DNA of 12,125 nt from Raphidiopsis brookii D9 (GCA_000175855.1 ACYB01000015.1:134-12258); one strand, 5' to 3'. Positions 1 to 10,507 are shown, counted from the first letter of the stretch. Program-made: numbers and translations. The notes: generated by a model from the letters alone, not told the origin.

Positions 1-2
1 CG

Positions 3-968
3 CGTTACGAGTTGACCGACGACATCAATCTTCGCGCTTCCATCGGCACAGGGTTCCGCGCACCAACGCCCGGACAATTGTCGACGGCTAACGTATCCAC
101 CCGCTTCCCAGCTAGTGAACCTGTCGCCTCGGGCCTCTTCCCGGCCACCAACCCGGTCTCGCTCTTCCTTGGGGCAAAGCCACTGGAACCCGAGCGGTCG
201 AAGAATTACTCGGCAGGTGTCACAGCAGCTGTGGGTGACTTTAACTTCACCCTCGACTTCTACCAAATCGACATTGAAGGCCAATTCTATGCAACGCGCT
301 CGATCACGGTAACCCCGACCATCCAAACAGCCTTGATTGCCGCCAATGTGCCCGGTGCTAACACAATTGGTGCTGTGCAATTCTTCCAGAATGCATTCGA
401 CTCTGTCACCAAGGGTGTCGACTTTGTGGGCACGTATCGAGCCGACTTTGGAGACTATGGCAAAACCAACTTCACCCTTAGCGCGAACTACAACACCTTT
501 AAGGTCGGTGACATTCTGATTGGCTCGCCCTCAGCGCTCCTGTTCTTGGAAGAGGATGTCTATGACTTTGAAAATGGCGTGCCAGAGTTCAAATCAAACT
601 TCACCGTCAACCACAGCATTGGCAAATTCACAGGGATGTTGCGGGCCAATTATTGGGGCGAATATACCGCATCCAATTGCTTAACCTCGCAACCAATCAG
701 CGTCTTCAAGTGCCCCACCAGCACAGTCTATCCAGAAGGCTTGATCAAGCAAAAACTGGGTAGTGAAGTCCTGATTGATATGGAAGTCTCTTACGACTTC
801 CCCAAAGATGTGATTGTCACTTTGGGTGCTCGTAACATCACAAACGAATATCCAGACGAAGGTGCTGCTCGTTTGGGTGAGACGGGCAACGGCCGGGTCT
901 ACCGGTCCGATTCACTCGTTGATTGGCAAGGTACCTATTATTATCTGAAGATCAAAAAGACGTTCTAA
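3..968 (+). CDS. TonB-dependent receptor, C-terminal beta-barrel portion (5' truncated by window edge)
   Basis: Frame is open to the left edge (RYELTDDINLRASIGTGFRAPTPGQL...), so the listed start at 12 (TTG) is not the real start. Typical TBDT barrel motifs: 'ASIGTGFRAPT', 'NYSAGVTAAVGDFNFTLDFYQIDIEGQ', 'NITNEYPDEG', and a terminal beta-strand ending in aromatic F (YYYLKIKKTF). Confidence 0.9.
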   Translation, partial: RYELTDDINLRASIGTGFRAPTPGQLSTANVSTRFPASEPVASGLFPATNPVSLFLGAKPLEPERSKNYSAGVTAAVGDFNFTLDFYQIDIEGQFYATRSITVTPTIQTALIAANVPGANTIGAVQFFQNAFDSVTKGVDFVGTYRADFGDYGKTNFTLSANYNTFKVGDILIGSPSALLFLEEDVYDFENGVPEFKSNFTVNHSIGKFTGMLRANYWGEYTASNCLTSQPISVFKCPTSTVYPEGLIKQKLGSEVLIDMEVSYDFPKDVIVTLGARNITNEYPDEGAARLGETGNGRVYRSDSLVDWQGTYYYLKIKKTF

Positions 969-993
969 GCTGGACATTCCAGTGCGAAGTCTG

Positions 994-1020
994 AATGGGC
1001 GGGTCTTTGATCCGCCCATT
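994..1020 (+). terminator. Terminator-like hairpin downstream of the TonB receptor
   Basis: Perfect 9-bp inverted repeat AATGGGCGG / CCGCCCATT with a 9-nt loop, 26 nt after the stop codon. Followed by only a short T run. Confidence 0.55.
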
Positions 1021-1111
1021 TGCATATAAAGGCGGGCGGCAAGGTATGGATTGAGGGTCTTGTCGCTTTCGCTTAGGGTGATGGAGTGCCAATTATACCA
1101 GGTCTTATTTC

Positions 1112-2272
1112 ATGATTTCAAAGCTTGCGATATCCGGGTATCGATCCCTTCGTGACTGCGTGTTGGCGCTGGGTAGCATCAATTTGGTGACGGGGCCTAA
1201 TGGTGCGGGCAAGTCGAATGTCTATCGGGCATTGCGCCTCTTAGGTGATGTGGCACAAGGGCGCGTCATTCAATCCTTAGCCCAAGAAGGCGGCCTGAAT
1301 TCCACCTTGTGGGCCGGCCCCGAGTCCTTCTCATCTGCCATGAAGCGCGGTGATTTGGCTGTGCAAGGCACGCAACGCCGAGGCCCGGTTGCCTTAAAGT
1401 TGGGCTTCTCAGGCGACGATTATGGCTATGCTATTGATTTAGGTCTTCCCGTCCCCTCCACATCCGCCTTTTCCCGCGACCCGGCCATCAAAGCTGAAGC
1501 CCTTTGGGTCGGCGAGACCTTGGGCCGATCTAATTCAATCGCCCTTCGTAATGGACCTGGCGTTCGTTTGCGCGATGAAGATGGCCAGTGGCAACAGGCC
1601 TATACGACCTTAGCAAGTCATGATTCGATGATGACGCACTGCAGTGATCCAGATGATGGGTTGGAGCTTTTGGTGGTGCGCGAACGTCTGCGCAGTTGGC
1701 GTTATTATGATCATTTGCGGACCGATCGTGACGCCCCCGCACGCCAACCCCAAATTGGTACCTATACCCCCGTCTTGGCCAGCAATGGAGCGGACTTGGC
1801 AGCCGCCATCCAAACCATCCGCGAGATCGGTGATGGTGCCGCCTTTGATGCCGCGATTGCCGACGCCTTTGATCGGGCTGAAGTGGAAGTCATCGGGAAA
1901 GACGACGGCTATTTTGATCTTCAAGTCCGCCAACATGGCCTCTTGCGTCCGCTGCGAGTGGCGGAGCTTTCTGATGGAACTTTGCGGTATCTTCTGTTGG
2001 TCGCAGCCTTATTGTCGCCCGACCCCCCTTCCCTCATGGTCCTAAACGAACCTGAGACGAGCTTGCATCCTGATCTTCTGGCCCCACTGGCACGGCTTGT
2101 GGTGACGGCCGCGCGCAGAACCCAATTAATCATCGTGACTCACGCGCCCGCACTGGTGGAGGCACTATCCATCGAGGCGGAGGTTGCGTTGTTTGAGCTA
2201 AGCAAGCACCTTGGCGAAACAAATGTTTCAGGGCCGGACAAACCAAACTGGAATTGGCCCAGTCGTTCCTAA
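1112..2272 (+). CDS. AAA family ATPase, RecF/OLD/SMC-like predicted ATPase
   Basis: 386 aa. N-terminal MISKLAISGYRSLRDCVLALGSINLVTGPNGAGKSNVYRAL (Walker A GPNGAGKS), C-terminal 'ELSDGTLRYLLLVAALLSPDPPSLMVLNEPETSLHPDLLAPLARLV' (ABC-like signature and Walker B/D-loop) and 'QLIIVTHAPALVEAL' switch-His region. Confidence 0.85.
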   Translation: MISKLAISGYRSLRDCVLALGSINLVTGPNGAGKSNVYRALRLLGDVAQGRVIQSLAQEGGLNSTLWAGPESFSSAMKRGDLAVQGTQRRGPVALKLGFSGDDYGYAIDLGLPVPSTSAFSRDPAIKAEALWVGETLGRSNSIALRNGPGVRLRDEDGQWQQAYTTLASHDSMMTHCSDPDDGLELLVVRERLRSWRYYDHLRTDRDAPARQPQIGTYTPVLASNGADLAAAIQTIREIGDGAAFDAAIADAFDRAEVEVIGKDDGYFDLQVRQHGLLRPLRVAELSDGTLRYLLLVAALLSPDPPSLMVLNEPETSLHPDLLAPLARLVVTAARRTQLIIVTHAPALVEALSIEAEVALFELSKHLGETNVSGPDKPNWNWPSRS

Positions 2273-2278
2273 GCAGAC

Positions 2279-2680
2279 TTAGTCGGTTGCGATCCCGTGG
2301 GCTGCAAGAGCTTGCTTCAGTTGTTGAGCGGAACCAAAGCAATAGCCAGGGATACGATAAGGGGCAGCACCAGTTCGGTCGAGCCAAACGCTAGGCTGTC
2401 CACTCGAAAATTGCGTCATTCGCATGCCTTTAATTGTTGATAGAGGAATCTCTTCCTGCCAGTTGTCCTTAAAGAGCGTGAGCGAATGCGCGTTCAGTTT
2501 CAACCCGCTGTGGCTATTCTGGATTAGCATCAGGGCCGCCATTAAACCGGCGATGCCGGGCATGGCAAGAAAATACCATGGCGCTTGATAGTAAAAGCCA
2601 ACAGCTACCAACGCGCCGCCAAGTAGAGCGGCAATGACGACAATCGGCCGGCGACCCTTTTGTTCGAACTGATAATCCAT
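2279..2680 (-). CDS. Small hypothetical membrane protein with two predicted hydrophobic segments
   Basis: About 133 aa from ATG at 2680 (the track uses GTG at 2683). Hydrophobic stretches PIVVIAALLGGALVAVGFYY and WYFLAMPGIAGLMAALMLI followed by a soluble domain. Start codon overlaps the upstream stop (TGATG). Confidence 0.6.
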   Translation of the reverse strand: MDYQFEQKGRRPIVVIAALLGGALVAVGFYYQAPWYFLAMPGIAGLMAALMLIQNSHSGLKLNAHSLTLFKDNWQEEIPLSTIKGMRMTQFSSGQPSVWLDRTGAAPYRIPGYCFGSAQQLKQALAAHGIATD

Positions 2681-2745
2681 CACTTGTTTGCCCCCTGCTG
2701 CTCTGCCATCGCTTCGCTGCAGGCCTGCATGGTCATTGAGTTGAG
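2680..2745 (-). CDS. C-terminal tail of an upstream gene cut by the cloning junction (LNSMTMQACSEAMAEQQGANK*)
   Basis: Open frame from the insert/vector junction at 2745 to a TGA that overlaps the ATG of the next gene. Only 21 codons, so identity cannot be assigned. Confidence 0.4.
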   Translation of the reverse strand, partial: LNSMTMQACSEAMAEQQGANK

Positions 2746-2831
2746 GTGGGATCCTCTAGAGTCGACCTGCAGGCATGCAAGCTTGAGTATTCTATAGTCT
2801 CACCTAAATAGCTTGGCGTAATCATGGTCAT
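2746..2831 (-). CDS. lacZ: lacZ-alpha N-terminal part, interrupted by insert
   Basis: Reverse strand ATGACCATGATTACGCCAAGCT... leading into the HindIII-PstI-SalI-XbaI-BamHI polylinker. Confidence 0.9.
2792..2809 (-). promoter_or_regulatory. SP6-promoter-like sequence, one base off consensus
   Basis: Reverse strand reads ATTTAGGTGAGACTATAG; the SP6 core is ATTTAGGTGACACTATAG. Confidence 0.7.
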
Positions 2832-2848
2832 AGCTGTTTCCTGTGTGA

Positions 2849-2905
2849 AATTGTTATCCGCTCACAATTCCACACAACATACGAGCCGGAAGCATAAAGT
2901 GTAAA
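2849..2905 (-). promoter_or_regulatory. lac promoter and operator
   Basis: Operator AATTGTGAGCGGATAACAATT (rc 2849-2869), -10 TATGTT (rc 2876-2881), -35 TTTACA (rc 2900-2905), 18-bp spacer. Confidence 0.95.
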
Positions 2906-3025
2906 GCCTGGGGTGCCTAATGAGTGAGCTAACTCACATTAATTGCGTTGCGCTCACTGCCCGCTTTCCAGTCGGGAAACCTGTCGTGCCAGCTGCATTA
3001 ATGAATCGGCCAACGCGAACCCCTT

Positions 3026-3033
3026 GCGGCCGC
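3026..3033. other. NotI site (left)
   Basis: GCGGCCGC. Confidence 0.95.
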
Positions 3034-3160
3034 CCGGGCCGTCGACCAATTCTCATGTTTGACAGCTTATCATCGAATTTCTGCCATTCATCCGCTTATT
3101 ATCACTTATTCAGGCGTAGCAACCAGGCGTTTAAGGGCACCAATAACTGCCTTAAAAAAA

Positions 3161-3820
3161 TTACGCCCCGCCCTGCCACTCATCGCAGTACTGTTGTAAT
3201 TCATTAAGCATTCTGCCGACATGGAAGCCATCACAAACGGCATGATGAACCTGAATCGCCAGCGGCATCAGCACCTTGTCGCCTTGCGTATAATATTTGC
3301 CCATGGTGAAAACGGGGGCGAAGAAGTTGTCCATATTGGCCACGTTTAAATCAAAACTGGTGAAACTCACCCAGGGATTGGCTGAGACGAAAAACATATT
3401 CTCAATAAACCCTTTAGGGAAATAGGCCAGGTTTTCACCGTAACACGCCACATCTTGCGAATATATGTGTAGAAACTGCCGGAAATCGTCGTGGTATTCA
3501 CTCCAGAGCGATGAAAACGTTTCAGTTTGCTCATGGAAAACGGTGTAACAAGGGTGAACACTATCCCATATCACCAGCTCACCGTCTTTCATTGCCATAC
3601 GAAATTCCGGATGAGCATTCATCAGGCGGGCAAGAATGTGAATAAAGGCCGGATAAAACTTGTGCTTATTTTTCTTTACGGTCTTTAAAAAGGCCGTAAT
3701 ATCCAGCTGAACGGTCTGGTTATAGGTACATTGAGCAACTGACTGAAATGCCTCAAAATGTTCTTTACGATGCCATTGGGATATATCAACGGTGGTATAT
3801 CCAGTGATTTTTTTCTCCAT
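3161..3820 (-). CDS. cat: Chloramphenicol acetyltransferase (type I), vector selectable marker
   Basis: Full 219 aa [26 protein letters not shown]...[28 protein letters not shown] with the HHxxxDG active-site motif. Confidence 0.98.
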
Positions 3821-3873
3821 TTTAGCTTCCTTAGCTCCTGAAAATCTCGATAACTCAAAAAATACGCCCGGTA

Positions 3874-4386
3874 GTGATCTTATTTCATTATGGTGAAAGT
3901 TGGAACCTCTTACGTGCCGATCAACGTCTCATTTTCGCCAAAAGTTGGCCCAGGGCTTCCCGGTATCAACAGGGACACCAGGATTTATTTATTCTGCGAA
4001 GTGATCTTCCGTCACAGGTATTTATTCGCGATAAGCTCATGGAGCGGCGTAACCGTCGCACAGGAAGGACAGAGAAAGCGCGGATCTGGGAAGTGACGGA
4101 CAGAACGGTCAGGACCTGGATTGGGGAGGCGGTTGCCGCCGCTGCTGCTGACGGTGTGACGTTCTCTGTTCCGGTCACACCACATACGTTCCGCCATTCC
4201 TATGCGATGCACATGCTGTATGCCGGTATACCGCTGAAAGTTCTGCAAAGCCTGATGGGACATAAGTCCATCAGTTCAACGGAAGTCTACACGAAGGTTT
4301 TTGCGCTGGATGTGGCTGCCCGGCACCGGGTGCAGTTTGCGATGCCGGAGTCTGATGCGGTTGCGATGCTGAAACAATTATCCTGA
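3874..4386 (+). CDS. redF: F-plasmid ResD-type tyrosine recombinase, truncated C-terminal fragment (redF in BAC vectors)
   Basis: Catalytic-domain motifs '[42 protein letters not shown]'. The N-terminus is replaced by vector junction sequence. Confidence 0.85.
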
Positions 4387-4915
4387 GAATAAATGCCTTG
4401 GCCTTTATATGGAAATGTGGAACTGAGTGGATATGCTGTTTTTGTCTGTTAAACAGAGAAGCTGGCTGTTATCCACTGAGAAGCGAACGAAACAGTCGGG
4501 AAAATCTCCCATTATCGTAGAGATCCGCATTATTAATCTCAGGAGCCTGTGTAGCGTTTATAGGAAGTAGTGTTCTGTCATGATGCCTGCAAGCGGTAAC
4601 GAAAACGATTTGAATATGCCTTCAGGAACAATAGAAATCTTCGTGCGGTGTTACGTTGAAGTGGAGCGGATTATGTCAGCAATGGACAGAACAACCTAAT
4701 GAACACAGAACCATGATGTGGTCTGTCCTTTTACAGCCAGTAGTGCTCGCCGCAGTCGAGCGACAGGGCGAAGCCCTCGGCTGGTTGCCCTCGCCGCTGG
4801 GCTGGCGGCCGTCTATGGCCCTGCAAACGCGCCAGAAACGCCGTCGAAGCCGTGTGCGAGACACCGCGGCCGGCCGCCGGCGTTGTGGATACCTCGCGGA
4901 AAACTTGGCCCTCAC

Positions 4916-5214
4916 TGACAGATGAGGGGCGGACGTTGACACTTGAGGGGCCGACTCACCCGGCGCGGCGTTGACAGATGAGGGGCAGGCTCGATTTCGG
5001 CCGGCGACGTGGAGCTGGCCAGCCTCGCAAATCGGCGAAAACGCCTGATTTTACGCGAGTTTCCCACAGATGATGTGGACAAGCCTGGGGATAAGTGCCC
5101 TGCGGTATTGACACTTGAGGGGCGCGACTACTGACAGATGAGGGGCGCGATCCTTGACACTTGAGGGGCAGAGTGCTGACAGATGAGGGGCGCACCTATT
5201 GACATTTGAGGGGC
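4916..5214 (+). repeat. RK2/IncP oriV iterons (trfA-dependent copy-inducible origin)
   Basis: Eight directly oriented TGACA(C/G/T)(T/A)TGAGGGGC iterons starting at 4916, 4937, 4972, 5109, 5132, 5155, 5177 and 5200. Confidence 0.95.
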
Positions 5215-5477
5215 TGTCCACAGGCAGAAAATCCAGCATTTGCAAGGGTTTCCGCCCGTTTTTCGGCCACCGCTAACCTGTCTTTTAACCTGCTTTTAAA
5301 CCAATATTTATAAACCTTGTTTTTAACCAGGGCTGCGCCCTGTGCGCGTGACCGCGCACGCCGAAGGGGGGTGCCCCCCCTTCTCGAACCCTCCCGGTCG
5401 AGTGAGCGAGGAAGCACCAGGGAACAGCACTTATATATTCTGCTTACACACGATGCCTGAAAAAACTTCCCTTGGGG

Positions 5478-5494
5478 TTATCCACTTATCCACG
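5478..5494 (+). promoter_or_regulatory. Two overlapping DnaA boxes at F ori2
   Basis: TTATCCACT (5478-5486) and TTATCCACG (5486-5494), followed by an AT-rich tract TTTTTATAATTATTTTTTTTATAGTTTTTAG. Confidence 0.85.
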
Positions 5495-5589
5495 GGGATA
5501 TTTTTATAATTATTTTTTTTATAGTTTTTAGATCTTCTTTTTTAGAGCGCCTTGTAGGCCTTTATCCATGCTGGTTCTAGAGAAGGTGT

Positions 5590-5681
5590 TGTGACAAATT
5601 GCCCTTTCAGTGTGACAAATCACCCTCAAATGACAGTCCTGTCTGTGACAAATTGCCCTTAACCCTGTGACAAATTGCCCT
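5590..5681 (+). repeat. F ori2 (oriS) RepE-binding iterons
   Basis: TGTGACAAAT(TG/CA)CCCT at 5590, 5611, 5644 and 5666. Confidence 0.9.
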
Positions 5682-5737
5682 CAGAAGAAGCTGTTTTTTC
5701 ACAAAGTTATCCCTGCTTATTGACTCTTTTTTATTTA

Positions 5738-6536
<799 letters not shown>

Positions 6537-6540
6537 TCTG

Positions 6541-6790
6541 AGGGTTATCTGTCACAGATTTGAGGGTGGTTCGTCACATTTGTTCTGACCTACTGAGGGT
6601 AATTTGTCACAGTTTTGCTGTTTCCTTCAGCCTGCATGGATTTTCTCATACTTTTTGAACTGTAATTTTTAAGGAAGCCAAATTTGAGGGCAGTTTGTCA
6701 CAGTTGATTTCCTTCTCTTTCCCTTCGTCATGTGACTTGATATCGGGGGTTAGTTCGTCATCATTGATGAGGGTTGATTATCACAGTTTA
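6541..6790 (+). repeat. F incC iteron region (incompatibility/copy control)
   Basis: Repeated (T)TTGTCACAG / TCGTCACA motifs near GAGGG blocks just downstream of repE. Confidence 0.75.
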
Positions 6791-7023
6791 TTACTCTGAA
6801 TTGGCTATCCGCGTGTGTACCTCTACCTGGAGTTTTTCCCACGGTGGATATTTCTTCTTGCGCTGAGCGTAAGAGCTATCTGACAGAACAGTTCTTCTTT
6901 GCTTCCTCGCCAGTTCGCTCGCTATGCTCGGTTACACGGCTGCGGCGAGCGCTAGTGATAATAAGTGACTGAGGTATGTGCTCTTCTTATCTCCTTTTGT
7001 AGTGTTGCTCTTATTTTAAACAA

Positions 7024-7101
7024 CTTTGCGGTTTTTTGATGACTTTGCGATTTTGTTGTTGCTTTGCAGTAAATTGCAAGATTTAATAAAAAAACGCAAA
7101 G
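7024..7101. promoter_or_regulatory. sopAB operator region (SopA-binding hexamers)
   Basis: CTTTGC at 7024, 7043 and 7062 and inverted GCAAAG at 7096, directly upstream of sopA. Confidence 0.75.
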
Positions 7102-7123
7102 CAATGATTAAAGGATGTTCAGA

Positions 7124-8306
7124 ATGAAACTCATGGAAACACTTAACCAGTGCATAAACGCTGGTCATGAAATGACGAAGGCTATCGCCATTGCACAGTT
7201 TAATGATGACAGCCCGGAAGCGAGGAAAATAACCCGGCGCTGGAGAATAGGTGAAGCAGCGGATTTAGTTGGGGTTTCTTCTCAGGCTATCAGAGATGCC
7301 GAGAAAGCAGGGCGACTACCGCACCCGGATATGGAAATTCGAGGACGGGTTGAGCAACGTGTTGGTTATACAATTGAACAAATTAATCATATGCGTGATG
7401 TGTTTTGGTACGCGATTGCGACGTGCTGAAGACGTATTTCCACCGGTGATCGGGGTTGCTGCCCATAAAGGTGGCGTTTACAAAACCTCAGTTTCTGTTC
7501 ATCTTGCTCAGGATCTGGCTCTGAAGGGGCTACGTGTTTTGCTCGTGGAAGGTAACGACCCCCAGGGAACAGCCTCAATGTATCACGGATGGGTACCAGA
7601 TCTTCATATTTCATGCAGAAGACACTCTCCTGGCCTTTCTATCTCTGGGGAAAAGGACGATGTCACCTTATGCAATAAAGCCCACTTGCTGGGCCGGGGC
7701 TTGGACATTATTCCTTCCTTGTCTGGCTCTGCACCGTATTGAAAACTGAGTTAATGGGGCAAATTTTGATGAAGGTAAACTTGCCCACCGCATCCACAAC
7801 CTGATGCTCCGACATGGGCCATTGAAACTGTTGCTCATGACTATGATGTCATAGTTATTGACAGCGCGCCTAACCTGGGTATCGGCACGATTAATGTCGT
7901 ATGTGCTGCTGATGTGCTGATTGTTCCCACGCCTGCTGAGTTGTTTGACTACACCTCCGCACTGCAGTTTTTCGATATGCTTCGTGATCTGCTCAAGAAC
8001 GTTGATCTTAAAGGGTTCGAGCCTGATGTACGTATTTTGCTTACCAAATACAGCAATAGTAATGGCTCTCAGTCCCCGTGGATGGAGGAGCAAATTCGGG
8101 ATGCCTGGGGAAGCATGGTTCTAAAAAATGTTGTACGTGAAACGGATGAAGTTGGTAAAGGTCAGATCCGGATGAGAACTGTTTTTGAACAGGCCATTGA
8201 TCAACGCTCTTCAACTGGTGCCTGGAGAAATGCTCTTTCTATTTGGGAACCTGTCTGCAATGAAATTTTCGATCGTCTGATTAAACCACGCTGGGAGATT
8301 AGATAA
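7124..8306 (+). pseudogene. sopA: F-plasmid partition ATPase SopA (ParA), broken by multiple single-base insertions in this sequence
   Basis: N-terminus in 7115-7429 (MKLMETLNQCINAGHEMTKAIAIAQFNDD...), middle in 7269-7742 (GVAAHKGGVYKTSVSVHLAQDLALKGLRVLLVEGNDPQGTASMYHGW), C-terminus in 7914-8306 (VLIVPTPAELFDYTSALQFFDML...). Span is 1183 nt against 1167 nt for a 388-aa SopA. Confidence 0.95.
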
Positions 8307-9277
8307 TGAAGCGTGCGCCTGTTATTCCAAAACATACGCTCAATACTCAACCGGTTGAAGATACTTCGTTATCGACACCAGCTGCCCCGATGGTGGATTC
8401 GTTAATTGCGCGCGTAGGAGTAATGGCTCGCGGTAATGCCATTACTTTGCCTGTATGTGGTCGGGATGTGAAGTTTACTCTTGAAGTGCTCCGGGGTGAT
8501 AGTGTTGAGAAGACCTCTCGGGTATGGTCAGGTAATGAACGTGACCAGGAGCTGCTTACTGAGGACGCACTGGATGATCTCATCCCTTCTTTTCTACTGA
8601 CTGGTCAACAGACACCGGCGTTCGGTCGAAGAGTATCTGGTGTCATAGAAATTGCCGATGGGAGTCGCCGTCGTAAAGCTGCTGCACTTACCGAAAGTGA
8701 TTATCGTGTTCTGGTTGGCGAGCTGGATGATGAGCAGATGGCTGCATTATCCAGATTGGGTAACGATTATCGCCCAACAAGTGCTTATGAACGTGGTCAG
8801 CGTTATGCAAGCCGATTGCAGAATGAATTTGCTGGAAATATTTCTGCGCTGGCTGATGCGGAAAATATTTCACGTAAGATTATTACCCGCTGTATCAACA
8901 CCGCCAAATTGCCTAAATCAGTTGTTGCTCTTTTTTCTCACCCCGGTGAACTATCTGCCCGGTCAGGTGATGCACTTCAAAAAGCCTTTACAGATAAAGA
9001 GGAATTACTTAAGCAGCAGGCATCTAACCTTCATGAGCAGAAAAAAGCTGGGGTGATATTTGAAGCTGAAGAAGTTATCACTCTTTTAACTTCTGTGCTT
9101 AAAACGTCATCTGCATCAAGAACTAGTTTAAGCTCACGACATCAGTTTGCTCCTGGAGCGACAGTATTGTATAAGGGCGATAAAATGGTGCTTAACCTGG
9201 ACAGGTCTCGTGTTCCAACTGAGTGTATAGAGAAAATTGAGGCCATTCTTAAGGAACTTGAAAAGCCAGCACCCTGA
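8306..9277 (+). CDS. sopB: F-plasmid partition protein SopB (ParB)
   Basis: Intact 323 aa [57 protein letters not shown]...; starts at the SopA stop. Confidence 0.97.
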
Positions 9278-9376
9278 TGCGACCACGTTTTAGTCTACGT
9301 TTATCTGTCTTTACTTAATGTCCTTTGTTACAGGCCAGAAAGCATAACTGGCCTGAATATTCTCTCTGGGCCCACT

Positions 9377-9850
9377 GTTCCACTTGTATCGTCGGTCTGA
9401 TAATCAGACTGGGACCACGGTCCCACTCGTATCGTCGGTCTGATTATTAGTCTGGGACCACGGTCCCACTCGTATCGTCGGTCTGATTATTAGTCTGGGA
9501 CCACGGTCCCACTCGTATCGTCGGTCTGATAATCAGACTGGGACCACGGTCCCACTCGTATCGTCGGTCTGATTATTAGTCTGGGACCATGGTCCCACTC
9601 GTATCGTCGGTCTGATTATTAGTCTGGGACCACGGTCCCACTCGTATCGTCGGTCTGATTATTAGTCTGGAACCACGGTCCCACTCGTATCGTCGGTCTG
9701 ATTATTAGTCTGGGACCACGGTCCCACTCGTATCGTCGGTCTGATTATTAGTCTGGGGACCACGATCCCACTCGTGTTGTCGGTCTGATTATCGGTCTGG
9801 GACCACGGTCCCACTTGTATTGTCGATCAGACTATCAGCGTGAGACTACG
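9377..9850. repeat. sopC (parC) centromere-like 43-bp tandem repeats
   Basis: Eleven contiguous units of GTCCCACTCGTATCGTCGGTCTGATTATTAGTCTGGGACCACG (starts 9377, 9420, 9463, 9506, 9549, 9592, 9635, 9678, 9721, 9765, 9808), with the TGGGACCACGGTCCCA inverted repeat at the junctions. Unit 9 is 44 nt. Confidence 0.95.
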
Positions 9851-10295
9851 ATTCCATCAATGCCTGTCAAGGGCAAGTATTGACATGTCGTCGTAACCTG
9901 TAGAACGGGAAGTAACCTCGGTGGTGCGGTTGTATGGCCTGCTGTGGATTGCTCGCTGTGTCCTGCTTATCCACAACATTTTGCGGCACGGTTATGTGGA
10001 CAAAAATACCTGGTTTACCCAGGCCGTGCCGGCACGTTAACCGGGCTGCATCCGATGCAAGTGTGTCGCTGTCGACGAGCTCGCGAGCTCGAACAGGAGG
10101 TTGCCCCGTATTCAGTGTCGCTGATTTGTATTGTCTGAAGTTGCTTTTACGTTAAGTTGATGCAGATCAATTAATACGATACCTGCGTCATAATTGATTA
10201 TTTGACGTGGTTTGATGGCCTCCACGCACGTTGTGATATGTAGATGATAATCATTATCACTTTACGGGTCCTTTCCGGTGATCCGACAGGTTACG

Positions 10296-10307
10296 GGGCG
10301 GCGACCT
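10296..10307. other. Lambda cosN within a lambda cos packaging fragment
   Basis: GGGCGGCGACCT followed by CGCGGGTTTTCGCTATTTATGAAAATTTTCCGG... (lambda left end to about 10493). The preceding sequence from about 10150 is the lambda right end. Confidence 0.97.
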
Positions 10308-10507
10308 CGCGGGTTTTCGCTATTTATGAAAATTTTCCGGTTTAAGGCGTTTCCGTTCTTCTTCGTCATAACTTAATGTTTTTATTTAAAATACCCTCTG
10401 AAAAGAAAGGAAACGACAGGTGCTGAAAGCGAGCTTTTTGGCCTCTGTCGTTTCCTTTCTCTGTTTTTGTCCGTGGAATGAACAATGGAAGTCCGAGCTC
10501 ATCGCTA

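Noticed and set aside
1530-2387. ORFs inside or antisense to the ATPase (1530-1742, 1610-1936, 1644-2045, 1921-2133, 2130-2387)
   Set aside because: They overlap a well-supported 386-aa ATPase frame and look like shadow ORFs.
3161-3820. Environmental chloramphenicol resistance gene
   Set aside because: It is the vector's cat marker inside the backbone.
3874-4386. Integrase/recombinase indicating an integrative element
   Set aside because: Truncated F ResD fragment carried by BAC/fosmid vectors; N-terminus missing.
4656-4942. Overlapping ORFs at 4656-4925, 4676-4942 and 4718-4918
   Set aside because: High-GC oriV-flanking DNA gives open frames on both strands; no recognisable protein or ribosome-binding context.
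4916-5214. TGACA...GAGGGGC repeats as a new regulatory array
   Set aside because: They match RK2 oriV iterons, expected in copy-inducible fosmid vectors.
7124-8306. sopA as a decaying natural pseudogene or programmed frameshift
   Set aside because: Many clustered single-base insertions in an otherwise intact cloned partition operon fit sequencing or assembly error better. The clone would need SopA for stable maintenance.
8652-9056. ORFs within sopB (8652-9056, 8688-8873)
   Set aside because: Alternate-frame ORFs fully inside the intact SopB gene.
9377-9850. Long regular repeat array that could be mistaken for a CRISPR or novel satellite
   Set aside because: Units are contiguous 43-bp tandem repeats with no unique spacers and lie directly after sopB; this is the F sopC centromere. 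Eleven full units are countable here; F is usually described with 12, but the vector length accounting gives no reason to claim a lost unit.
10150-10493. Prophage end or phage packaging locus
   Set aside because: It is the lambda cos fragment added to fosmids for in vitro packaging.
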